A stretch of DNA of 64,000 nt. Origin: Myxococcota bacterium. GTDB lineage: Bacteria > Myxococcota_A > UBA9160 > UBA6930. This document shows positions 38,637-46,853 of this stretch, one piece after another. Both the position numbers and the translations under genes were made by a program. The stretch's first letter is position 1, and every line of letters starts with the position of its first letter. The notes under the pieces are model-generated. The model saw only the letters and a list, made by a program, of their open reading frames with translations, ran no database searches and was not told the origin of the DNA. The stretch is taken from the NCBI GenBank assembly GCA_965223415.1, contig OZ245002.1, positions 5,632,001 through 5,696,000 on the forward strand. The letters run 5' to 3'.

Positions 38637-40769
38637 TCAGAGCTCCGGCGCTGGAGCCACGTTCACCGGGATGGCGCTCTGCCGCGCCATTCCGCTGATC
38701 GGATCGAAGTCGACCTCGTTGCTCACGAGCGCGTTGGTGCTGCTGCCGATCTCCCGGACGTCCTTGCCCCGGGCGCCCGGGTCGCCCCAGGCGTGGGCCA
38801 TCGAGACGACGCCGCTCGGGACGTCCTCCGCCGGCTCCGCCACCCCCAGGATCGCGCCGTGGGCGGAGCGGATCTCGACCAAGGCGCCGGCCCCGACTCC
38901 GAGCTCGTCCAGGTCCAGCGGGTTCATGTAGGCCGGGTTGGTGGTCCCCCGCGCCCGGATGGCTTCGAGCTGCCGGCCGGAGGAGTTGTAGACATGACCG
39001 AGACGCCGGCTGACCAGGCGATGGCTGAACCCGTCTCCGTCCACGCCGGCGAGGACCGTCTCGAGCTCGTCGAGCACGCCCTCCGGCGCCAGCGCGAAGC
39101 GGGCGTCCGCACCGGCGGCCGCAGGCGCCACGACCTCGGCGATGGGGTCGAACACGTGTCCGCCTTCCTGGGCGCGAACCTCCGCGAGCGGCACGCGCGA
39201 CCCGGCGGTCATCGCGTCGAGCACCGTGTCCTTGTCGAGGGGCCGGCCGAGGTCGAGGGCGCCTCCGGCGAGCTCGATGGGGGTCCCGCGCCGGCGTGCC
39301 AGCTCGGTGTAGAGCTCCCACTCCTCGATCGTGTCGTCCGGCGGGGTGGCGACCGCCGGCGTGTAGTGGGCGTAGGGCGTCTCGTACCAGGTGTCCGTGA
39401 GCCAGGTGATGTCCGGCCGCTCCAGGCACAGGCGCGGCGCCAGCACGTAGTCGGCCCGGCGCGCGGTGGCCGAGAGCCAGGCGTCCACGCACACGAGGAG
39501 CTCGAGCTCGTCCAGCGCGCGCAGGGTCTTCGCCTGGTCCGGGAAGGCCACGACCGGGTTGCCGCCGATGCACAGCAACGCGCGCACCTGCCCTTCGCCA
39601 GGCTCGAGGATCTCGTCGGCCAGGGCCGCGGTGGGCATCTCGCCGACGACCTGCCCGAGCCCGCGCACCCGCGAGCGGGGACCGTGGCCGAAGGCGGGGC
39701 GCGGTGCGACCACCTGGGCGCGGCGCGTGTAGGGCCCGGTGAGCACGCCCGGGTTGGACACGGGCTCGCCTTCCCGGTTCACCCGGCCGCACACGACGTT
39801 CAGGGCGATGACGAGGTGCTCGGTCAGGTTCGGGCGCGGCGACATGTCCGGGCCGGTGCCGGTGGTGGCGATGCCGCGGGGCCCGGCGGCGAACAGGCGT
39901 GCGGCCTCGGCGATGCGCTCCGCCGGAACGCCGGTGCGTGCGGAGGTCGTCTCCAGGTCGAAGGGGGCCACGGCCCGGCGAAGCTCCACGAGCCCGTCGA
40001 CGTGGGCGGCGCAGAAGTCGGCGTCGTTTCGCCCCTCGGCCAGGATGAGGCGGATCATGCCGGCCAGCAGGGCCGGGTCTTCGCCGGGCCGAACGGCCAG
40101 GTGCAGGTCCGAGCGCCGGGCCACCTCGCTCCGGCGCGGGTCGACGCAGATCACCCGCAGTCCCCGGCGCCGGGCGTCGCGCAGGCGCTTGGCCGGATTG
40201 AACGGGGAGAGACCGCCCCAGGGCGCGTACTTGGAGACGAGGGTGTTGCAGCCGATCACCATCACCACGCCGGCGGCGGCAGCGGCGCTCTCGAAGCCGT
40301 GCATGCCCGCGCTCCAGAAGCCCGTGCGCGAGAGCGCCACGAACTTGCCGGGCTGGTCGATGGTGATGCTCGAGTAGAACGAGGGCGAGCCGGCGCCCCG
40401 GTGCCACGCCTGGGCCACGGCTAGGGCGGCAGCGTTCTGGAAGGCGTGGGTGCCGCAGTAGGTGGCCACGGCGCGGGGGCCGTGGGCCTCGACGATGGCA
40501 TCGACCCGGTCGGCGATCTCCCCCAGGGCGGCCCCCGTGGCGACGGGCTCGAGCTCGCCGTCCACGCCACGCCGGAGCGAGCGCCGCACCCGCTCCGGGT
40601 GGGCGAGCAGGGCCGGCAGCTGCCGGCCCTTGATGCAGGTGTAGCCGCCGTAGACCGGATCGGCGGCGTCCCCGCGCACGGCCGTGACCCGGCCGTCGTC
40701 CACGTCCACCTCGAGGGCGCAGTAGGCGTGGCAGACGCGGCAGTAGGATGTTCGGGTCCGGGTCGACAT
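38637..40769 (-). CDS. Molybdopterin (Mo/W-bisPGD, DMSO reductase superfamily) oxidoreductase
   Basis: N-terminal CRVCHAYC...CIKG Fe-S motif, DPRRSE, GGNP, C-terminal AYMNP.D..GVVSMAHAWG; no Tat signal. Confidence 0.9.
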   Translation of the reverse strand: MSTRTRTSYCRVCHAYCALEVDVDDGRVTAVRGDAADPVYGGYTCIKGRQLPALLAHPERVRRSLRRGVDGELEPVATGAALGEIADRVDAIVEAHGPRAVATYCGTHAFQNAAALAVAQAWHRGAGSPSFYSSITIDQPGKFVALSRTGFWSAGMHGFESAAAAAGVVMVIGCNTLVSKYAPWGGLSPFNPAKRLRDARRRGLRVICVDPRRSEVARRSDLHLAVRPGEDPALLAGMIRLILAEGRNDADFCAAHVDGLVELRRAVAPFDLETTSARTGVPAERIAEAARLFAAGPRGIATTGTGPDMSPRPNLTEHLVIALNVVCGRVNREGEPVSNPGVLTGPYTRRAQVVAPRPAFGHGPRSRVRGLGQVVGEMPTAALADEILEPGEGQVRALLCIGGNPVVAFPDQAKTLRALDELELLVCVDAWLSATARRADYVLAPRLCLERPDITWLTDTWYETPYAHYTPAVATPPDDTIEEWELYTELARRRGTPIELAGGALDLGRPLDKDTVLDAMTAGSRVPLAEVRAQEGGHVFDPIAEVVAPAAAGADARFALAPEGVLDELETVLAGVDGDGFSHRLVSRRLGHVYNSSGRQLEAIRARGTTNPAYMNPLDLDELGVGAGALVEIRSAHGAILGVAEPAEDVPSGVVSMAHAWGDPGARGKDVREIGSSTNALVSNEVDFDPISGMARQSAIPVNVAPAPEL

Positions 40770-40790
40770 GGGGCCTCCGCGGGCTCCATG

Positions 40791-42647
40791 TTACTCCGGG
40801 CGCCGATAGCGCCAGACGTGCCGGGTGCGGTCGGCGGAGAAGCCCGGCAGGACGGCCACCTTCTCGAAGCGCTCCGGGTCCTCCACCATCTCCATCAGGT
40901 CCGGGTGGCGCTTCCAGCCCAGGCCGAGGCGCCCGATGTTCACGAACAGCTCGCCACCCTCCCGGCGGGTGCGGCGCATGTGCCGCCGCAGCTCCTTCTC
41001 GGTGCCGATCAGCTGGACCTGGGGGTCGTAGTAGAAGGGGCCGGACACCCAGGTGACGGTCGTGATGCGCTGGTTCTCCGCGGCCAGCGGGTCGCGGACG
41101 GGGCGCGTGGCCTCGACGGACTCGCGCAGCGGGTAGAAAGGACGGGTCCACTGGGTGTGGTGGACGGGCCAGGCCAGGGCGAAGGCAAGCCCCAGGAAGG
41201 CGGCGCCGGCCGCCGCCCCGACCCACGGCCGGCGCAGCGCCGCGCCCAGGCCGTCGAGCCCGAGGGCCACGAGGGCCGCCGCCGGCGGAAGGGCGAAGGT
41301 GAGGTACCAGACGTAGAGGTGGTCGCTGCGCAGGCAGGACTGGAGCCAGGTGAGCGGCGCGGCGAGCAGCAGCACGACCAGCAGGCCGGCCCGCAGGCCG
41401 CCGGCCCGGGCCAGGCGCATCGCCCCGAATGCGAGTGCGGCGGCGGCGAGCACCGCCACCGCGACGAAGAGCGCGGTCGGGGCGTCCCGGAGCTGGGGAT
41501 AGAAGAGGGCCGCGTCCGCCTGGGGCCTGCCCCAGCCGACGCCGGCCAGGAGGTGGGCCCCGACCGCCTTCAGGTAGCGCAGGCCCAGGTCCGAGATGCC
41601 CTGGGCCTTGGCCGCATACTCGCGGTACTGGAAGAAGTTCGGCGTCATCATCAGCACGAAGAAGAGCGCCCCGGCCAGGTCGACGAAGACGAGCCGCGTG
41701 AGCTGGGAGCGCAGCGCCGGGCCGCCCCGGTCCCGGATCCACAGGAAGCCCGCCGCCACGGCGTTCATGAGCAACACGTGATAGAGGGTGGCCGGATAGG
41801 TCCAGAGCAGCAGCAGCTGGGCCACCCCGAAGGCGATCCAGCGCCGCCAGCTCCCCCGATGGAGCGCGGCCACGGTGAGCACCAGCGTGACCGACACCAG
41901 GCACATGGCCAGGGAGTAGCCGCGCGCCTCGGACAGGTAGCGGATGTGCCAGGGGTGCAGGGCCAGGAGCCAGGCGGCGAGGGCGCCGGCCCCGGCGAAG
42001 CCCAGCCGCCACAGGAGCCAGGCGACGGCGGCGATCGAGCCGGCGCCGGCGAGCAGGGCGGGCAGCCGCAGGACCGGCTCCGAGACGAAGCGGAGCGGCG
42101 GATCCGCCAACGCGCCCCAGACCGTGAGCGAGGCCCGCGCGAGCAGGGTGTGGACGACGTGGTTGTTCGGCTTTCGGTAGTACCAGAAGCTGTCGCGCAG
42201 CTTGATGCCCTTGGCTTCGAGCTGGCCCTCGCCGTCGTCGAAGTAGCCGCCCCAGATGGCCCGCCGCACGTTGTACACCTCGTCGTCCCACAGGCTGTCG
42301 TCGAGACGCGGCAGGCCCGCGCCGACGCCGGCCAGGACCGCGAGGCCGACCCCCGCGACGATCCAGCGGGAGGGCCGCGCCGGCGGGGCCAGGTCCGGGC
42401 GCTCCGGGGGCTCCCGGCGGTCGAACCAGAAGCGGGTGGTCGCGAGGAGCAGCGCGGTCACCGCCGCGACCCCGGCCGCGACCCAGTAGCCGTAGGCGAC
42501 CCACAGGTCCACGGGACGCACCGGGCGGCCGTCGGCGTGGCGCTCCACCTCGCCCGGGACCCACGGGTGGTCGCCGAAGATCAGGTGCGCGACCAGCACG
42601 AGGAGGATCACGCCGAGAGCGATCTGCATCGGGCGGGCGGCCTGCAT
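40791..42647 (-). CDS. GT-C fold membrane glycosyltransferase (GT39/ArnT-like)
   Basis: SLWDDE loop motif, NNHVVHTL, LRLPALLAG, HIRYLSEARGYSL, many TM helices. Confidence 0.8.
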   Translation of the reverse strand: MQAARPMQIALGVILLVLVAHLIFGDHPWVPGEVERHADGRPVRPVDLWVAYGYWVAAGVAAVTALLLATTRFWFDRREPPERPDLAPPARPSRWIVAGVGLAVLAGVGAGLPRLDDSLWDDEVYNVRRAIWGGYFDDGEGQLEAKGIKLRDSFWYYRKPNNHVVHTLLARASLTVWGALADPPLRFVSEPVLRLPALLAGAGSIAAVAWLLWRLGFAGAGALAAWLLALHPWHIRYLSEARGYSLAMCLVSVTLVLTVAALHRGSWRRWIAFGVAQLLLLWTYPATLYHVLLMNAVAAGFLWIRDRGGPALRSQLTRLVFVDLAGALFFVLMMTPNFFQYREYAAKAQGISDLGLRYLKAVGAHLLAGVGWGRPQADAALFYPQLRDAPTALFVAVAVLAAAALAFGAMRLARAGGLRAGLLVVLLLAAPLTWLQSCLRSDHLYVWYLTFALPPAAALVALGLDGLGAALRRPWVGAAAGAAFLGLAFALAWPVHHTQWTRPFYPLRESVEATRPVRDPLAAENQRITTVTWVSGPFYYDPQVQLIGTEKELRRHMRRTRREGGELFVNIGRLGLGWKRHPDLMEMVEDPERFEKVAVLPGFSADRTRHVWRYRRPE

Positions 42648-42667
42648 GGCGGCGCAGAGTACTGGAG

Positions 42668-42777
42668 AAGCGGGTCCGGGGGCGCCCCTCTACTTCACGC
42701 GAGACAAGCGGGTCCGGGGCGCCCCTCTACTTCACGCGAGACAAGCGGGTCCGGGGCGCCCCTCTACTTCACGCGAG
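42668..42777. repeat. Tandem repeat, about 3 x 37 bp (AAGCGGGTCCGGGGCGCCCCTCTACTTCACGCGAGAC)
   Basis: Copies at 42668-42705 (one extra G), 42706-42742 and 42743-42777 (partial); no spacers; the last copy carries the CoA-transferase stop codon. Confidence 0.95.
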
Positions 42778-45186
42778 GATGCCTCGGGCGGCCCAGTCGG
42801 CGATCTGCTCGGGGGAGTGGCCCAGCAGGCCCTCGAGGACGGCCCGGTTGTCGGCGCCGGGGTGGCAGGCGCGCTCGGGCACGCGGGCCGGAGCGCGGGA
42901 GAGGCGCAGGCGGGAGCTCTCCACCCAGCTCGTCTGGTAGAGCGCGTGGGCCACCTCCTGGAAGTGTCCGCGTGCCTGGAGGTGGGGATCCTCGAAGAGC
43001 GAGGGGGTGTCGAGCACCTCGGCCGCGGGCACGTCCACGGCCTGGAGCCGCGCCTCGACCTGCGCCGCCTCGAGAGGCGCGACCCAGCTCGCCAGCGCCT
43101 CGGGTGCGGCGGCGTCGGTGCGACGCCTGCGCCACGCGGGGCGATCCAGTGCCGCGCACAGGCGCTCCCAGTCCGCGTCGTCGCGCACCGCGATCGCCAC
43201 CCAGCGGTCGTCTCCGGCACAGGCGAACACGTCGTGGGGGAAGCACACCCAGTCCGCGTTGCCCCGGGCCGGCACCGGTCCCGAACCTCCTGCCGTCGCC
43301 TCGAGGAGACTCGGCGCCAGGAAGTGGAGCGACGCCTCTGCCTGGGCCATGTCGATGTGCTGGCCCTCGCCGGTTCGCTCCCGGTGCTCGAGAGCCGCCA
43401 GGATCGCGATGGCGTTGTAGCGGGCGGAGATGAAATCGGTGTAGGCGCCGTAGGGCCCGGAAGGCGGCTGCCCCGGCCAGCACGCGAGCTGCTGGAAGCC
43501 GGTCACGCTGGCGGCCAGATTCCCGAAGCCGGTGAAGTCCCTCCACGGACCGGTCTGGCCCATCAGGCTGCTCGAGATCATGATCAGCCCCGGGTTGCGC
43601 TCGCGGAGCGCCTCCCAGCCGAGCCCGTAGCCGTCGATCACCCCGGGCGAGAAGGACTCGGTGACCACGTCGGCCCAGTCGGCCAGCTCGAGCGCGATCT
43701 CGCGTCCTTCCGGGTGCGCCAGGTCGAGGGTCACGGCCAGCTTGTTCACGTTGGCGGTGTGGAAGCCGCCGGCGCCGTCCGGGTGCGGATTGTTGAACTG
43801 GTATGGAGGAATGACCCGTAAGGTGTCGAGACGACTGGTGGATTCGACGCGAACCACCTGGGCGCCATAGTCCGCCAGCAGGCGCGTGGAGCCGGGGCCC
43901 GCCAGCACCCAGAAGAGGTCGAGGATCTTCACCCCGGCCAGGGGGCCGGCCTCCCCATCGCCACGGGGCGTGGCGGCGAGCCGGGCGGGAGGCGCCTCCG
44001 CCCGCACCTCCGCCCCGTGCTCGTCGAGCCGGGGCGCCGGGCGGCCGTTGCCCAGCGGGCTGGCGGGCAGGTGCGCGAAAGGGCCGGGGACCCGCAGGCG
44101 CCCGGCGCCGGGAACCTCGATCTCCGGTGCGGCGCCCCGCTCGGCGAGCTGATCGCTCCGGGCCAGCTCGTCGACCCCCAGGATCGGCGCCACCAGCAGC
44201 TTGCGCTTCACCGCCTCGGCCATCAGCCGGGCCTTGTCGTGCCGGCGGAAGAAGGCGTCGAGGATCGTCTCGACCCGGCGCCAGTCGGCCTCGGTCCGTT
44301 CGCCGCGGATCAGGTTCAGGGCGAACTGGCCCCACGCCTCCTCGTGGAGATCGACCGGGACCTCCTGCTCTTCGGCGACCCACGCCAGCAGCCGGGTCAT
44401 GAAGTGACCGGTCGACGGCAGGAACACCGGACCCAGCGTGACCCAGCCGTCCGCCGCCTCGTAGCGCGTGCGCAGCAGGACACCGCCCGCCACGGCGCCG
44501 CCGGAGATCCGCCGGGCTGGCACCTCGCCCAGGGGCGCGTCCAGGGAGCGGAACATGGTGGCCAGGGTGACGGACTGCTGGGCCGAGACGTCCACGTGCT
44601 GGCCGCGCCCCGTCCGCTTGCGCGCGAAGTGGGCGAGGAGCGCGCCGCAGGCCGCGTCCGCCCCCGCGTGGGCGTAGGCCTGGGGCGCCTGGACGCGCAG
44701 GGGGCGCGATTCCGACTCCCCGGAGAGATAGAGCGCGCCGCCGGTGGCCATCGCCGTGAGGTCCGTGCTGGCGTGGCCGGCCTTCGGTCCGGTCTGGCCG
44801 AAGGGCGAGATCGAGATGTACACCAGGCCCGGGTTCAGGGCTGCCAGGTCCTCGTACCCGAGCCCGAGCGCTGCCAGCCGGCCGGGGCGCTCGCTCTCGA
44901 TCCAGAAGTCCGCGCCGCGGGCGAGCTCCCGAAGCCGTTCGCGGTCCACCTCCGCTGCCAGGTCGAGTACCGCACTGCGCTTGCCGCGGGCGTAGGCCTG
45001 CCAGAAGAGGGAGCGCTCCGGCCCCGGCTCACCCCCCAGCCAGGGGCCCTGGGCCCGGGCGCGGGAGCCTTCGGGCGGCTCGATCTGCACCACGTCGGCG
45101 CCCAGGTCGGCCAGGATCTGACCGCACAGGAGACCCTTCTCATCGGTCAGGTCCAGAACGCGCCGGCCATCGAGCACGCCCGTCAT
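42769..45186 (-). CDS. Family III (CaiB/BaiF) CoA-transferase, two-domain fusion
   Basis: Two copies of the family N-terminus: LDGRRVLDLT...LADLGADVVQIEPPEG and PLAGVKILDL..VLAGP...LADYGAQVVRVES; 805 aa. Confidence 0.92.
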   Translation of the reverse strand: MTGVLDGRRVLDLTDEKGLLCGQILADLGADVVQIEPPEGSRARAQGPWLGGEPGPERSLFWQAYARGKRSAVLDLAAEVDRERLRELARGADFWIESERPGRLAALGLGYEDLAALNPGLVYISISPFGQTGPKAGHASTDLTAMATGGALYLSGESESRPLRVQAPQAYAHAGADAACGALLAHFARKRTGRGQHVDVSAQQSVTLATMFRSLDAPLGEVPARRISGGAVAGGVLLRTRYEAADGWVTLGPVFLPSTGHFMTRLLAWVAEEQEVPVDLHEEAWGQFALNLIRGERTEADWRRVETILDAFFRRHDKARLMAEAVKRKLLVAPILGVDELARSDQLAERGAAPEIEVPGAGRLRVPGPFAHLPASPLGNGRPAPRLDEHGAEVRAEAPPARLAATPRGDGEAGPLAGVKILDLFWVLAGPGSTRLLADYGAQVVRVESTSRLDTLRVIPPYQFNNPHPDGAGGFHTANVNKLAVTLDLAHPEGREIALELADWADVVTESFSPGVIDGYGLGWEALRERNPGLIMISSSLMGQTGPWRDFTGFGNLAASVTGFQQLACWPGQPPSGPYGAYTDFISARYNAIAILAALEHRERTGEGQHIDMAQAEASLHFLAPSLLEATAGGSGPVPARGNADWVCFPHDVFACAGDDRWVAIAVRDDADWERLCAALDRPAWRRRRTDAAAPEALASWVAPLEAAQVEARLQAVDVPAAEVLDTPSLFEDPHLQARGHFQEVAHALYQTSWVESSRLRLSRAPARVPERACHPGADNRAVLEGLLGHSPEQIADWAARGILA

Positions 45187-45187
45187 T

Positions 45188-45685
45188 CTACGCGGGCGCG
45201 GCCCCTTCGGGCGCCTTTCTGAGCTCGGCGGCGGCATCCAGCACCGCTCGAACGATCTTGTCGTAACCCGTGCAGCGGCAAAGGTTTCCGGCCAGCCAGA
45301 AGCGCACGTCGCGCTCGCTCGGATCCGGCTGGCGATCGAGCAGGGCCTTGGCCGCCACCACGATGCCCGGCGTGCAGACCCCGCACTGGAGGCCGGCGTG
45401 CTCGAGGAGCTTCTGCTGCACCGGGTGCAGGCGGCCCGCCTCGGCCACGCCTTCGACCGTCTCGACCGACCGACCCTCGACCTCGGCCGCCAGGGTGAGG
45501 CAGGAGCAGACCAGCCGGCCGTCGAGCAGCACCGAGCAGGCCCCGCAATCGCCGGTGCCGCAGCCCTCCTTGGTTCCGGTCAGCTGGAGCTCGTCCCGCA
45601 GCACGTCGAGGAGCGTCTGGTGGGGCTCGCAGAGGAAGTCGGCGGGATCGCCGTTCACGACGGTCGTCACGTGGAGGCGAGGCAA
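45188..45685 (-). CDS. Xanthine/CO dehydrogenase family 2x[2Fe-2S] small subunit (CoxS-like)
   Basis: GTKEGCGTGDCGAC...SC, QCGVCTPG, GNLCRCTGY. Confidence 0.96.
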   Translation of the reverse strand: MPRLHVTTVVNGDPADFLCEPHQTLLDVLRDELQLTGTKEGCGTGDCGACSVLLDGRLVCSCLTLAAEVEGRSVETVEGVAEAGRLHPVQQKLLEHAGLQCGVCTPGIVVAAKALLDRQPDPSERDVRFWLAGNLCRCTGYDKIVRAVLDAAAELRKAPEGAAPA

Positions 45686-45716
45686 GAAGGCTCTCCTGTA
45701 GGCAGGGGCAGAGAGG

Positions 45717-46601
45717 TCACGAGGGCTCTCCAGCCGCGCGAGAGGCGGCGATCCGGGCGGCGCGCGTCAGGAGCACGCCGGCCACGTGGGTGCGGTAGTC
45801 GGCGGGCCCGCGCACGTCGTCGATCGGGCGGCAGGCGGCGCGGGCGGCCGCGGCGGCGGCCTCCAGGGCGGCGTCGTCCAGACGGCTACCGACCAGTGCC
45901 TCGGCCGCGGCCGGGACGAGGAGCGCGGTCGGCGCCACGGCGCCGAGGGCGACCCGCGCGGCGGCGCAGCGCCCTTCCCCGTCGAGTCCGATCTGCACCC
46001 CCGCCCCGGCGACGGCGATGTCCATCTCGGTGCGCGGGATGAGCCGCAGGTAGGCGTCGGCGGTGCGGTCCGGCGGGCGCGGCACGCGGAGCTCGACGAG
46101 CAGCTCGCCCGGGCCGAGCACGGTCTCGCCGGGCCCAGTGCAGAACGCCTCCACCGGCACCTCCCGGGTGCCGCCGGGAGCGGCGATCCGACCGACGGCC
46201 CCCGCGGCGATCAGGGCCGGCACCGTATCCGCTGCCGGGGAGCCGTTGCACAGGTTCCCGCCCAGACTCGCGCGGCCCTGGATCTGCTCGGAGCCGATCA
46301 GCTCGGCGGCTCCGACCAGGCCCGGCCAGATCGCGCGGATCTCCGGGCGCTCGCGCAGCTCCGCGCTGGGGAGGGCCGCGCCGAGCCGCAGGCCCTCCGG
46401 CCCGAGCTCGCAGGCCGTGAGATCCGGAATCCGCTTCACGTCCACGACCAGCCGCGGCCGCCGACGGCCCGTCTGCATCTGGACGATCAGGTCGGTCCCT
46501 CCGGCCAACACCCGGCCGTCCGGCCCGGCCTCCGCCAGCAGGGCCACGGCCGCATCGACGCTCTCCGGGGCGGCGTAGGCCGCGCTCGTGCTCAAGGCCA
46601 T
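45717..46601 (-). CDS. Xanthine/CO dehydrogenase family FAD-binding medium subunit (CoxM-like)
   Basis: LAGGTDL, IQGRASLGGNLCNGSPAADT, PIDDVRGPADYR. Confidence 0.94.
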   Translation of the reverse strand: MALSTSAAYAAPESVDAAVALLAEAGPDGRVLAGGTDLIVQMQTGRRRPRLVVDVKRIPDLTACELGPEGLRLGAALPSAELRERPEIRAIWPGLVGAAELIGSEQIQGRASLGGNLCNGSPAADTVPALIAAGAVGRIAAPGGTREVPVEAFCTGPGETVLGPGELLVELRVPRPPDRTADAYLRLIPRTEMDIAVAGAGVQIGLDGEGRCAAARVALGAVAPTALLVPAAAEALVGSRLDDAALEAAAAAARAACRPIDDVRGPADYRTHVAGVLLTRAARIAASRAAGEPS

Positions 46602-46604
46602 CTC

Positions 46605-46853
46605 CTAGCCTCCCGAGACCACCGGGAGGAAGTGGAGCTCGCTGCCGGCGGGCACCGGCTCGAGCCAGGGATCGTGGACGACCTCGCCGTCGATCGCGAC
46701 GGCGAACTCGGCTCCCAGCGCCGTACCGAAGCCCGGGAAGCGCTCGTCGAGCGCCCGCACGACGGCCCGCACGCTGCCCGCGGGCACCTGGACGTGCAGC
46801 AGCCCGTCGCAGTGCCCGCGCAGAGCACGGGGAATCTCCACGAGGCAGTTCAC
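46605..46853 (-). CDS. MoaD/ThiS ubiquitin-like sulfur carrier (82 aa)
   Basis: VEIPRALR...GSVRAVVRALDERFPG...VAIDGE...ELHFLPVVSGG with C-terminal GG; GTG overlaps the large-subunit stop. Confidence 0.85.
   Translation of the reverse strand: MNCLVEIPRALRGHCDGLLHVQVPAGSVRAVVRALDERFPGFGTALGAEFAVAIDGEVVHDPWLEPVPAGSELHFLPVVSGG

Noticed and set aside
38614..42564. 1316-aa minus-strand ORF spanning the glycosyltransferase and oxidoreductase
   Set aside because: Out-of-frame low-complexity shadow of two well-supported genes
42668..42777. 37-bp palindromic repeat as a CRISPR array
   Set aside because: Copies are contiguous with no spacers, and no cas genes are in the window
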